Below, one piece after another: positions 9,383-18,679 of a stretch of DNA of 44,382 nucleotides. The stretch comes from a virus (lineage: Duplodnaviria > Caudoviricetes): IMG/VR virus record IMGVR_UViG_3300036783_000149, positions 1-44,382 of that record. One strand, written 5' to 3'. The position numbers were made by a program, and so were the translations under genes. The stretch's first letter is position 1. The number at the start of each line of letters is the position of its first letter. Below the pieces are notes generated by a model. It was not told where the DNA came from. It was given only the letters and a program-made list of their open reading frames with translations, and did no database searches.

Positions 9383-9915
9383 TTAAATTGAAAAGCCTCG
9401 TGTAGTTGCCTCTTTCTTATCCAAATCTTCCAGGCTTCCAATATCAAATTGAACAAGTTCTTTGCTTGGTCACTAAGATCGTTGTAGTATTCTGCCTTTT
9501 CTGCTCGATCTTCTAGGAAACTCATAATCCTATGTTTCCCTGTGTTATTCTCTGGGTTTTCCCTAGCCAATTTTATCCTGTTTGTAGGATCGGAGCCATC
9601 ATAGCCGCTGTTTATCATTATAATGGCGATGCGGTCGCTACCATATTCGCCATCTAGCAGTCCTTGGAAGGCTTCTTCACCTTCTTGTAGTATTTGCCGC
9701 AGGCTTGTTACTGGTTTCTGAGGTGGAGGAGGGGGCGGCTGGTCATTTGGGATTGCGTTTCCATTCCCATTTAGATTCTGTTGTACCCTCTGGGAGAAAG
9801 TTCCGGTCCCGTCGAGCTTGCTAAGCTCTTTCAAAACATGACCGGCTTTGTATATTCCGGAATGCCAGCCGTCCAGAAGTGCGTGCGCATCAATCGTTGT
9901 GTTCGTGTTTGTCAT
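9379..9915 (-). CDS. Hypothetical protein
   Basis: 178 aa ORF with GGAGGA RBS. Confidence 0.65.
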   Translation of the reverse strand: MTNTNTTIDAHALLDGWHSGIYKAGHVLKELSKLDGTGTFSQRVQQNLNGNGNAIPNDQPPPPPPQKPVTSLRQILQEGEEAFQGLLDGEYGSDRIAIIMINSGYDGSDPTNRIKLARENPENNTGKHRIMSFLEDRAEKAEYYNDLSDQAKNLFNLILEAWKIWIRKRQLHEAFQFK

Positions 9916-9983
9916 TTTACGAGTCCTCCGGGTAAGACGAGCGCGGTAGACGAGTTAGTCGAGGTAGACGCTGTAGACTCTTG

Positions 9984-10394
9984 TTATTCGGGTTTCGGGA
10001 ATGTCACAAATTCTTGGTTGCGTTCATTCATCAACGGTGCTTGCGCTAGTTTTATATCATGGTCCCTTGCCCACATTTGGAAGGTTTGGTTGAGCATGGT
10101 TCCAAGGTCTTCTTTAGCAGACCTATCGATGTCGGCAAACAATTCACCGTCTTCGTTGGTGTATTCTTCGTAATTGGATTCTAGTTCATCCAGAACGTCG
10201 TTGGGATCGATTTCCAAATCTTCTACAGTATGACTCTGGGCCTCTAATACAAGAACATTGACGTTTCCTTGATCCTGTTCTTGATTGTAGATGCCTTGTT
10301 TTTGGGCTTGGAATATAGCCTCATCCCTAGTCGCGTAGGGTCCATGATACCGCTCTTCATCATCAGTTATCCACCATTGGTGCGGGCTCGGCAT
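9984..10394 (-). CDS. Acidic hypothetical protein
   Basis: Likely start MPSPHQWW at 10394 with GGAGGA RBS; GPYATRDEAI motif. Confidence 0.65.
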   Translation of the reverse strand: MPSPHQWWITDDEERYHGPYATRDEAIFQAQKQGIYNQEQDQGNVNVLVLEAQSHTVEDLEIDPNDVLDELESNYEEYTNEDGELFADIDRSAKEDLGTMLNQTFQMWARDHDIKLAQAPLMNERNQEFVTFPKPE

Positions 10395-11457
10395 TAGGTG
10401 ATCCTCCATCTGGGGTAGGGCTGTCATCCCAAATCCGCTTGCGCTTGGGCAGGAATGCAGCTTCAATATCATCCCACACTTTAGCGGCGATGTCACCAGC
10501 CTCATCGATCAATTGCCAATAATCGTTGTCGGACAATTCTTCTGCCCAGCGGTTGAATTGGGTTTTAGACTTGTCTTTTAACAGTAAATCCAGCTTGCCG
10601 ACTTCTTCTAAGAAGTCCATACTGGATTGAAGATCATCGACACCAAAGCTAAAACGTAAGGTAAAATCGCATTGACGTAAAGGTACTGATATCTTATTCT
10701 TCTCGGCTTTGGCTCTTATGTCGAGACTGATTGGACGCTTTATCTTATCGATGGTTTGTTCGTTAGTCTTGATCTTGTGCAGCCAGAGACAATGGGTGGC
10801 AAAGAAGTCGAGCGCGCGGCCACCTGACCGGGTGCTCTTCTTACCAAATGTAATACCGATATTGTCGCGTTCCTGACTGATGATCATCAAGTGAGTTTTG
10901 GTGCTTTTAAGTTCTCGTACCAGCCGGCGAAGCAGTTGTGACATCTGCTTGGCCTTTTCCATTGAATACGAGCCTTCATTGAAATCGCGTTTCAACTCGG
11001 CTTCGCTGCTAAGCGCATCCAATGAATCGAGGATGTATAATCCCGGCTCCCCATCTAATTCCTTAAGGTATTCCTCCAAATCTTTGTAGAAATCTTCGAT
11101 GGTATTGACATCACGGTCAATACCGAAATCTATTTTATCGACAGGCATGCCAATCGAGGCAGCGTAAGCCTGATCAAAAGCGGCTTCGCTTTCACGATAC
11201 TTGGGCATTGCGTTGGGAAACTGCCGCATAAAGCTATTTGTAGCTTCGATGGCGAGGAGTGTCTTCCCGGTGCTTTTGTCACCGATTATGTTGCTGATCC
11301 GGGAGAGTGGCCAGCCACCACCTAATACACAATCCAATAAACGACAGCCGCTTGATATAAACTCCAATGGAGCCTGCGGCTCAAAATAGCGTCCTCCACT
11401 TTTGTGTTTATCAAAGGCTTCGGCTGGAATAACTACTCGTTGTAGCGAAGCCGCCAT
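10363..11457 (-). CDS. recA: RecA/UvsX-like recombinase
   Basis: SSGC..LD..LGGG, Walker A GDKSTGKT, LDSLDAL, SGGRALDFFA, KNKI. Confidence 0.9.
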   Translation of the reverse strand: MAASLQRVVIPAEAFDKHKSGGRYFEPQAPLEFISSGCRLLDCVLGGGWPLSRISNIIGDKSTGKTLLAIEATNSFMRQFPNAMPKYRESEAAFDQAYAASIGMPVDKIDFGIDRDVNTIEDFYKDLEEYLKELDGEPGLYILDSLDALSSEAELKRDFNEGSYSMEKAKQMSQLLRRLVRELKSTKTHLMIISQERDNIGITFGKKSTRSGGRALDFFATHCLWLHKIKTNEQTIDKIKRPISLDIRAKAEKNKISVPLRQCDFTLRFSFGVDDLQSSMDFLEEVGKLDLLLKDKSKTQFNRWAEELSDNDYWQLIDEAGDIAAKVWDDIEAAFLPKRKRIWDDSPTPDGGSPNAEPAPMVDN

Positions 11458-11481
11458 ATTACTCTCTCCTTAAATAAAAGC

Positions 11482-11652
11482 GTGACGGCAGAGAGTGCCT
11501 GCGTCTGTTCTCTGCCGCCACCTACACCACAAACGCCGGGCAGTATAACATTTGTGGTGATTCGAATAAGTGCGACGGTAGGACTTCGCTTTTGGGGGTG
11601 CTGAATGCCTACCGCCGCAACACTAACTAGAATGTGGAGCTTCTAGTCAGTG
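11482..11652 (-). ncRNA. Structured intergenic RNA of four tandem hairpins, last one terminator-like
   Basis: Stems at 11482-11521, 11525-11559, 11571-11619 and 11621-11652; each mismatch is a G-U pair only on the minus strand. Confidence 0.55.
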
Positions 11653-12555
11653 TTATTGCTCATCCCGCAGACGCCGCCTTAAAGAATCACGTTCAGCAGG
11701 ATTAGGTGCAGGAGTGCTCCCAGTATTTGCAGCACGTCCCTCACCTCCAATTGGAGGACGGCGGCGAGGTGATGGAGCATCGTCAGTGTCAAACGGTGGA
11801 CCCTCATCATTACCGTTACTGCTTTCCCGGCGGTCCCGGCTTGATGTTGCGGTATCACTGCTTGAATCACGCTTGCCGAGATACACTTCCTTGATATGTT
11901 CGTATGGGTAATATTGTAGTACATCCGGGATCGGATTATCATCGATGTATTCAATCCACTCCTTCATCTGCCGTTCATTCTCGGAGATGGGAGAGGATTC
12001 GCGTGATACCCGGAACCCGTGATAACGGGTCTTGATCCCAGCACCCTCGCGCGAGAACTCTACATCATAGCCATCACGCGGATGGGCAATTGGTAGATAT
12101 TGCTGGGTGCGCTTGATCGTGCTTTGTGCCAGGATTTCTTTATCGGATTGGTTGCTGATCGCCCATATCATTGGGCCTTGGTCTTCGGCATAGCGGTTGA
12201 TCAAATAAATGTAGTTGCGCGGCTTGGCGCGTAGCTTCTCGCTTTCCGATTGTGCTATGACCGAATAGCGTTCCTCACATAGAGGACAGTCCTTCCCGAG
12301 ATTTTCCTTCAAGCATAAATAGGACTGCTTATCCGGTCCAATTTCATTGTGAATCCAGACTTCAAAGCTATAGTGTTTTGCATTCTCCCAAGTCGGTGGA
12401 AGAATGCGGATTGTGTTGTCACCGTCGCGGGCTTTGAAGTATCGCGGACCATTGTTTTTGACCATCCCATCGTAAGTACTGGTGCGGCGGGATGAGAGTT
12501 CGTTGGCTTCTTCGTAGGATGGAGGTTGATAGTCATAGGCTGAAGATCGTGCCAT
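11653..12555 (-). CDS. Single-stranded DNA-binding protein (gp32-like)
   Basis: IRILPP, H...C...CPLC Zn ligands, GYD...G..KT.Y, acidic tail with PPFD. Confidence 0.8.
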   Translation of the reverse strand: MARSSAYDYQPPSYEEANELSSRRTSTYDGMVKNNGPRYFKARDGDNTIRILPPTWENAKHYSFEVWIHNEIGPDKQSYLCLKENLGKDCPLCEERYSVIAQSESEKLRAKPRNYIYLINRYAEDQGPMIWAISNQSDKEILAQSTIKRTQQYLPIAHPRDGYDVEFSREGAGIKTRYHGFRVSRESSPISENERQMKEWIEYIDDNPIPDVLQYYPYEHIKEVYLGKRDSSSDTATSSRDRRESSNGNDEGPPFDTDDAPSPRRRPPIGGEGRAANTGSTPAPNPAERDSLRRRLRDEQ

Positions 12556-12602
12556 TCCCCTTGTCCTTTGCTATTTGAAGATGCCATGTAGCGGCAGGGT
12601 CA

Positions 12603-12631
12603 TTTGTACCATAAAGTACAAAGTAAGTCAA
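12603..12631 (-). promoter_or_regulatory. Putative sigma70 promoter for SSB/recA
   Basis: TTGACT-17 nt-TACAAA on minus strand. Confidence 0.45.
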
Positions 12632-13089
12632 CCGGGTTTCTTGAAATCACGAAAAGCTTCCCGGCGTTGTTCAGAGTAACTTGCCTCGGCAACTTGATCA
12701 TGTCTCAGGTAAGAGACTAATTCTTTTAATGCATAACCTTTTTGTACAAATGAGTCACGCAAAGCCAACCAGCGTTCTGCGTTTCGCTTTGCCATTAAGT
12801 ATTTTTGTACTAGTTCGATTCTATTGGCGTCAGATTTTACGAGGCTTTCGATTTGAGCCTCGGTTCTTCGCTCATTACGGTTTATTGCTTCATAGCGGAA
12901 GGTCAGGCTTAGATTGGCCTCATAGTTATCGACATCGGCTTTCGCATTGTCGCGAAAAGATATCGCATCTATCGCTTCTTTTGAGGCGTGCCAATGCCAG
13001 TTTGCTTGATTGATTAATTCGTTTTCTAGATTGTCACGGTCGATAGCGATTTCTACTTCAAGCTGCTTGAACTTTTCATTCTGTGGCAT
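12628..13089 (-). CDS. Putative UvsY-like recombination mediator
   Basis: Helical protein with TEAQIES...F.QK...L motif, adjacent to SSB and RecA. Confidence 0.6.
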   Translation of the reverse strand: MPQNEKFKQLEVEIAIDRDNLENELINQANWHWHASKEAIDAISFRDNAKADVDNYEANLSLTFRYEAINRNERRTEAQIESLVKSDANRIELVQKYLMAKRNAERWLALRDSFVQKGYALKELVSYLRHDQVAEASYSEQRREAFRDFKKPG

Positions 13090-13092
13090 GCC

Positions 13093-13512
13093 CTAGTCCT
13101 TCTCGATATCGTACCGCCATTTTCTTATTATGTAGGAAGGATCGTTGAGTTTTTCTGGTGACTTCATATCCTCACTGTGCTTTAATAAGTTGTCTCGATA
13201 GCGTTCAATTTCGTCGCGACGATCCATAATCTGGAAGATGTGGTATCTAAGGTTATTGGGGAAGGTACCAAAGCCATTGTTCCTTAGCCATCTGAAGTAG
13301 ACTTGTCGGTAGACATTATCGTAGATATCGGTACCGGTTTCTATTAAGCACCGCTCGCGGCCAACTTTCATGGCCTCGCCAATTACAAACCAATCTTCCC
13401 ATGTAGCATCAAACTGCTCGTCGTTTCCCAGGCGTTTTTTCTGGATATTCCATACCGCGCGTCCGCGAGCGATTATATCATCATCATTTGTTGTGCTTTC
13501 ATTGGTGCTCAT
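13093..13512 (-). CDS. Hypothetical protein
   Basis: Coupled ORF. Confidence 0.65.
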   Translation of the reverse strand: MSTNESTTNDDDIIARGRAVWNIQKKRLGNDEQFDATWEDWFVIGEAMKVGRERCLIETGTDIYDNVYRQVYFRWLRNNGFGTFPNNLRYHIFQIMDRRDEIERYRDNLLKHSEDMKSPEKLNDPSYIIRKWRYDIEKD

Positions 13513-14564
13513 ACAGACACCTTGTAGTTACTCCTTACTGCAACTTGGTCTTCGTTGCCACCGCGTACATGTGGGGACCACCAATAAACACCGCTTTTCT
13601 TTGTCTTGAAGTGGCCTCGTACTAAGTGTAGGCGTGCAGCCTCGCGTGACATCCCCATAGAAGCTGCACGATTGCCGACAACTTTACTGACTCGCAAATG
13701 GGTAGTGATAAATTCTTTGAGAGGACGCTTACGGTTCTTGGCGCGTGCCTTGTTTAATCTGGTGAAATCATCCCGCTTCTGTTCAATCGGGGTGTTCTTG
13801 GAATTTAGCAGCAGAAGGAATGCCTCGGTATAAGCAAATTCGCCTTCCAAATCCTCCATAAAATCTTCATACATTTTCTTACCGGGACGCAATAGCCGGT
13901 GACCTACCTCCGACTCAAACAGTGTTTTGCAATAGCTGAGTGGAATGATCGCGGAGCATTTTTCCAGTGTCATATAGGCATCTAGTTCCTTGTCAAAATT
14001 GACAAGCTTCCGCCATTTGGAACCGCGTAAAAGACCTTCTTTAAAAGCTTCTCTATTTTGAGTGTATTTCTTTTCCCAAGTCGGTCTTTCAATTGGCATG
14101 CCGATAATTCTGGCATATTGCACCATTACCGGCTCTTCTTGACCATCGGACCAATCAAAGATGATGCCAAATGGATCAAGGGTAATTTCTTCTTCGGCAG
14201 GAACATCTAATAATCTGTGCTCCCACATATAAACAGCGGTGCCTCGGTTGCCGTGTTTATCGGTCATAATAAAGCAGCCCATACGCTTTGGTGCTGGCTT
14301 GTCGTTATGATGAACCAGCTTACTCCTGCTGTCGGGCTCCCATTCTACCCACATTCTGGGATAGGGTACGCGCATATGTTGTAAAGCGCCCAGCATTGAA
14401 GAAGGCTTTGACATACAGACTTCTTCAACAGCAGCGGTTACGTCAGAAGACATAACAAAACACTGCGCGTCTTTCATATCGGGTACTAATTTTGTAAAAG
14501 CGCCGCCAAAGGCTTCGTCTATCTTAGTTCCCGGTAATGCCATAACTCTATCGTAGAGTCTCAT
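13509..14564 (-). CDS. Conserved protein of unknown function with C-terminal HxVRGH motif
   Basis: RLHLVRGHFK...YWWSPHVRG. Confidence 0.75.
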   Translation of the reverse strand: MRLYDRVMALPGTKIDEAFGGAFTKLVPDMKDAQCFVMSSDVTAAVEEVCMSKPSSMLGALQHMRVPYPRMWVEWEPDSRSKLVHHNDKPAPKRMGCFIMTDKHGNRGTAVYMWEHRLLDVPAEEEITLDPFGIIFDWSDGQEEPVMVQYARIIGMPIERPTWEKKYTQNREAFKEGLLRGSKWRKLVNFDKELDAYMTLEKCSAIIPLSYCKTLFESEVGHRLLRPGKKMYEDFMEDLEGEFAYTEAFLLLLNSKNTPIEQKRDDFTRLNKARAKNRKRPLKEFITTHLRVSKVVGNRAASMGMSREAARLHLVRGHFKTKKSGVYWWSPHVRGGNEDQVAVRSNYKVSV

Positions 14565-14565
14565 C

Positions 14566-15522
14566 TTACTTCCTATTATCTACAGTATCTATTGCGGGTA
14601 TCATATGGAGTGTCCACCTCGCGACCATCCGCACAATCGTTGCCATGCTGGTGGTGTTATAGATCGGCTGTGAAAATAGGTCGAGCAGGTAGACCATATT
14701 TCCTACCACATTTTCATTCTCGTTGCCAAGAACTACTTTGGTGAAATAGGCTTCGATAATTCTCCTTACTGTCTCGGGGTTTTCATCCTTTAATGATTCT
14801 AGTACCGGTCGTACCCGTCGCCAGTTTGCTCGTTCAAATAGAAGCCTCGCCAATTGGATTATAGCATCGGGTTCCGCCGGTTCATTACGGATTAGTTCGC
14901 GTGCTTCCTCTATAGTTGTTTGTTCTGACATCTGCGCCAGGAATGTTAAGGCGCGGCGCGGCGATCCTTCAGCTTCGGTGACACATAGATTGATCACCGC
15001 TTCGTTTATGTTTACACCTTCTGTCTGACGGACAGTTTCTAGCAGTTTTCTTAACTGATTGTTGGTCAGCGGTCTTACTTGGTAGGACAGACAGCGGTTT
15101 CTTAAATTAATCGGTACTTTGTTGAGTTCTGTTGTGCAGAAAAACCAGAAACACCAATCTGGGGGTTCCTCAACGCTTTTGAGTAATGCCCTCCAAGCTT
15201 GGGCAGTGATTGCTTGACATTCATCGATGATGATGCAACGATAACCACCACGCATAGGTTTGTAGTTTAGGCTATCAGCCAACTCCCGCATATCTTCAAC
15301 GCCGTTATGGGTAGCGGCATCGATTTCTAGAGTGTTGTCTTCTGCTTTGAGTTCTTGTGCTGCTAACCGGGCGATAGTAGTCTTACCACAACCGGAAGGA
15401 CCGGATATTAAATATGCATGACTGGTGCGGGCTCGTAAGGCTGGAACAAATGAATCAACCAAGGCATCATTGCCGATTAATTCACTCCAACTCTTGGGCC
15501 GATAACGAGTGATAAGAGACAT
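14566..15522 (-). CDS. Clamp loader subunit (DnaX gamma/tau-like AAA+)
   Basis: YRPKSW, GPSGCGKTT, EIDAA, IIDE, LLK..EEPP, NRC; start MSLIT at 15522. Confidence 0.9.
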   Translation of the reverse strand: MSLITRYRPKSWSELIGNDALVDSFVPALRARTSHAYLISGPSGCGKTTIARLAAQELKAEDNTLEIDAATHNGVEDMRELADSLNYKPMRGGYRCIIIDECQAITAQAWRALLKSVEEPPDWCFWFFCTTELNKVPINLRNRCLSYQVRPLTNNQLRKLLETVRQTEGVNINEAVINLCVTEAEGSPRRALTFLAQMSEQTTIEEARELIRNEPAEPDAIIQLARLLFERANWRRVRPVLESLKDENPETVRRIIEAYFTKVVLGNENENVVGNMVYLLDLFSQPIYNTTSMATIVRMVARWTLHMIPAIDTVDNRK

Positions 15523-15746
15523 TATCCGCCTCGACTGAAGAAAGGTGGGCATATACTGTCGAGTGCATCAACTATACAATGTCCGCAATAGACCTTTTCA
15601 ATTGCTGGTTTGTCGGGATAGGAATCAACCTTGATGGCAATCCCACCGTTTTGTTCGCCATGCCGGCGACAGTAGAACTTACCGCGAGCGGAACCAAAGT
15701 CGAAAGGGATTTTTATTTCTTTATTGTCGTTGGTTTCGTCGCTCAT
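15522..15746 (-). CDS. Small Zn-binding hypothetical protein
   Basis: CRRHG...YCGHC; coupled. Confidence 0.6.
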   Translation of the reverse strand: MSDETNDNKEIKIPFDFGSARGKFYCRRHGEQNGGIAIKVDSYPDKPAIEKVYCGHCIVDALDSICPPFFSRGG

Positions 15747-16150
15747 GGCCAGAAATCCTCATCTAATATTTGTTCAATGGTCCATGTACATGTAGTTGGT
15801 AAGTTTGGATGGCTTACTTGTTTACATCCCCGTCGATAAGCCTTATCTAGTTGGGATATTGCATAGGGACGTAAAGAGGGACTGCTGGTAATACGATCTT
15901 CTAATTGAAAGCGTTGCTCTATAACCGTGTTTTTCCAATTGTTCTCGGAGTAGGGATCGGAGAGATAAGCCAGTTTTAGGAGATGTTCACATATCCGCAT
16001 GAGTCGGCTGGTTACTTCATGCTTTTGGTTAATTCCCAAGGATTCAATCTCCTCAACCAAATTCTCCCAATCCAGTTCATTAACACTGCGGCGGCGTAGG
16101 GCATCTGCTTGCTCTTCTGCCCAAGCCATAAAATCAGTTTTGTAACTCAT
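15743..16150 (-). CDS. DUF29 family protein
   Basis: Y..DF..W.EEQA..L, LDWENL.EEIE, EHLLK, SPSL, WT.EQILD..F.P; start at 16150 overlaps the pol stop. Confidence 0.85.
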   Translation of the reverse strand: MSYKTDFMAWAEEQADALRRRSVNELDWENLVEEIESLGINQKHEVTSRLMRICEHLLKLAYLSDPYSENNWKNTVIEQRFQLEDRITSSPSLRPYAISQLDKAYRRGCKQVSHPNLPTTCTWTIEQILDEDFWP

Positions 16151-18678
16151 AGGAATTCCTTCCTCCGCTCTGGCCAGTTTAATAGGTTCTCGGATGAGAA
16201 TGTACCACATGACTCCATGTCACACCAGTTTGGTCCACGGCTCATCTCGATGGTGAGAGGTACTATAATCCAAGGAAAGCGGACGTTCAACATTTCTTTG
16301 ATAATGATTGGCACGTAATCTTCTAACTGACTTTCTGACTCAAAATAGAATAACAAATCATCATGAATTTGCAGCCGGGGTTGTAGTATCGGATCACCAC
16401 TTTCTGACAACCGATTCATTGCGTCCATTACGACATCAGCAGCAGAGCCTTGCACCATAGAATTGACTACTTGACCTAATCCCAGTGGTGCGCGCCTGCG
16501 CCGACCATTGAGACATGTCGTATATCCAAGTTTCTTGTAGCTATCAATTAGGGTTTCCTGCCATTGTTTGACACCCTGATACTCCTGCCAGAATAAAGCA
16601 TGTTCGGGAGCCAGAATTTCTTCCGGTATGTTGAGATATCCCGATACACTACGTAATGAGGCACTAAAGAATAAAGGGAAGGTCCATTTGTTCTTTACCT
16701 TATCCCGAAAAATCTTGATCGCTTTGGCATCATCCGTATATTGTGATCCTCCAACTGCTTGCGGATAAGCGCGCGCAATGCGCTTCGCCCAATAGCCATG
16801 GACATCCAATCCATCCCATGTTGCTTTACAGTAAGCGGGATCGCGGGATGCACAAGCAATGAGGCGAGCTTCAATCTGACCGTAATCAGCCGATAGGAAA
16901 ATGCCCTTGCCCGCAATTTGGCGACGAGTACTAACTTCATCCCCGCGCTTTGGTACATTTTGGAAGTCACCGTTTAGTCTGCCGGTATCGGTCCACACCG
17001 TACCTAGTGACACATGATACTTTTTGTCGGGATAGGCATTTTCTTCATTAAATCGGTCAACATAGGTACTGAGCATTTTGGTGTAGTGCCGCCAATCGAT
17101 TTGCAATTTACCAAACGGATGATGTAACCCCTCCAACACCGATTTATCGGTTGAACTTACCTCATATAGGCTCATAATGGTGCGTAGGAGGTATAACACC
17201 TCCTTATCGGAACCGGGGTTAAACTTTTGTTGTTTCTGGTGTTCGTACTCGTGGATTTCTGGAAGAGCAAACAGCTTTTCTTCAATCTGCCGTATCTTTT
17301 TCTTTATGTCGAATTGTTGCCTTACGTTTTCCTCGTAATCTATCGGCAATCCGGCAATCTGGGTTAGTACACAGGTTGGTATCTGCCGTAATTTCTCTTC
17401 ATAAGCGGCTTGTAGTCCTTCCCGCTCGATTAGTTCTTGTTGATACTCAAATACCATAAGGTGATATTTGGCATCGATGCCATTGTAAGGTAATAACCGG
17501 CGAATTGGCTCGCTCTTCATATTGTTCATATTCAAGCCGCCGGTAATCTTCTTGATATCGATACCGAAGTACAACTGTGTCAGGAAATCTAGTCCAAACC
17601 CGGCTTTGCGTTCATCAAGAATAAAGGCTTGGGTGAGTGAGTCTTCCCAGCGGGAGTTACGTAGCACTTCGTTGCCAAAATAGAAGGCACTCCATTCCAT
17701 CTCAAAGTGTAATGAATGGGAGCATTTAATTACAGGCGATAGCAGGAATTGCTTAAAGGCAGCCTTTAATGTGGCCTTGTCGTTGGTGCTCCAGGCTGCT
17801 TCGGGATGGTCGAGCGCAAAGGCCAAGCACCGCCCTGGCAGGGCTATAGCAGCCGACAGGATCGCGGCGTCACTACCATAAGGCCGGATGCCTTGAGTCT
17901 CGTAATCGAGCCCGCAACGGGGCTGCTGGGAGGCTTCCTGAAGGAAGCGAAGGACGATGTTTAAACTGTCACCACTGCCGGTGACAAAATCGATGTCACT
18001 GCGGGCATCTTCTACAGTATGGATAGTTGGATAGTGTAAACCCTCCAACACCATATCCAAGGCGCGTTCCATATCGAGCTTGAACGCCAATTCATAGGTG
18101 GAGGGTCGGCCTTCATTCTCATTTCTTAGGCGAAGTAAGTAAGCTGGGTGATGAAATGAGAAGTACCAGCATCGGTGCTTTCCGACTTGTATTGGGAAAT
18201 GCCTACCACGCCATGCATAGGTATTGGAGCGGCCACTCCACGCAAGAGGAATACCACCAAACCCGAAAATTGCATCGGGCTGACTTGCTTCAATGTCACC
18301 CACAACTCTGGTACGACAGAATTCGATTTCGTCATTGGTAGGATTCCGGTTCTCAGGCGGTCGGCAATTTATGACATTGTTCCACCTGATTGCTTGCATA
18401 AATTCATGTGGAATAAAATGTCGGAGCATTGTACCGGATGCCCCGACAAATTGTCTACCAATTTCATCTTCATCGCGTCCCGGAGCTTCACCGAGACTAT
18501 AGATTATCGGATTTACACTGCCGGTGGCATCCATCCTCGGATGATATAAAGTCTTTTTGATCTGGTCGAGCGGACAGGAGATGCAGCCGTTCTTGTATAA
18601 CTGAACCGGTGGGGCGCGCCGGTCTACCTTGGTTTCTTCAAAATCGAATAGTCCGATGCGTTGGTATAAAGCTACCAT
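16147..18678 (-). CDS. Family A DNA polymerase with N-terminal family-4-like uracil-DNA glycosylase domain and 3'-5' exonuclease
   Basis: UDG motifs GEAPG, CRPPENR, HPAYLLR; exo DYET and YN..D; pol TGRL, ADYGQIEARL, QIHDDL. Confidence 0.92.
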   Translation of the reverse strand: MVALYQRIGLFDFEETKVDRRAPPVQLYKNGCISCPLDQIKKTLYHPRMDATGSVNPIIYSLGEAPGRDEDEIGRQFVGASGTMLRHFIPHEFMQAIRWNNVINCRPPENRNPTNDEIEFCRTRVVGDIEASQPDAIFGFGGIPLAWSGRSNTYAWRGRHFPIQVGKHRCWYFSFHHPAYLLRLRNENEGRPSTYELAFKLDMERALDMVLEGLHYPTIHTVEDARSDIDFVTGSGDSLNIVLRFLQEASQQPRCGLDYETQGIRPYGSDAAILSAAIALPGRCLAFALDHPEAAWSTNDKATLKAAFKQFLLSPVIKCSHSLHFEMEWSAFYFGNEVLRNSRWEDSLTQAFILDERKAGFGLDFLTQLYFGIDIKKITGGLNMNNMKSEPIRRLLPYNGIDAKYHLMVFEYQQELIEREGLQAAYEEKLRQIPTCVLTQIAGLPIDYEENVRQQFDIKKKIRQIEEKLFALPEIHEYEHQKQQKFNPGSDKEVLYLLRTIMSLYEVSSTDKSVLEGLHHPFGKLQIDWRHYTKMLSTYVDRFNEENAYPDKKYHVSLGTVWTDTGRLNGDFQNVPKRGDEVSTRRQIAGKGIFLSADYGQIEARLIACASRDPAYCKATWDGLDVHGYWAKRIARAYPQAVGGSQYTDDAKAIKIFRDKVKNKWTFPLFFSASLRSVSGYLNIPEEILAPEHALFWQEYQGVKQWQETLIDSYKKLGYTTCLNGRRRRAPLGLGQVVNSMVQGSAADVVMDAMNRLSESGDPILQPRLQIHDDLLFYFESESQLEDYVPIIIKEMLNVRFPWIIVPLTIEMSRGPNWCDMESCGTFSSENLLNWPERRKEFL

Positions 18679-18679
18679 T

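Noticed and set aside
16147-18678. Z-genome (DpoZ) or other modified-base system
   Set aside because: No PurZ or other base-modification synthesis gene is visible in this window, so polymerase motif divergence alone is insufficient
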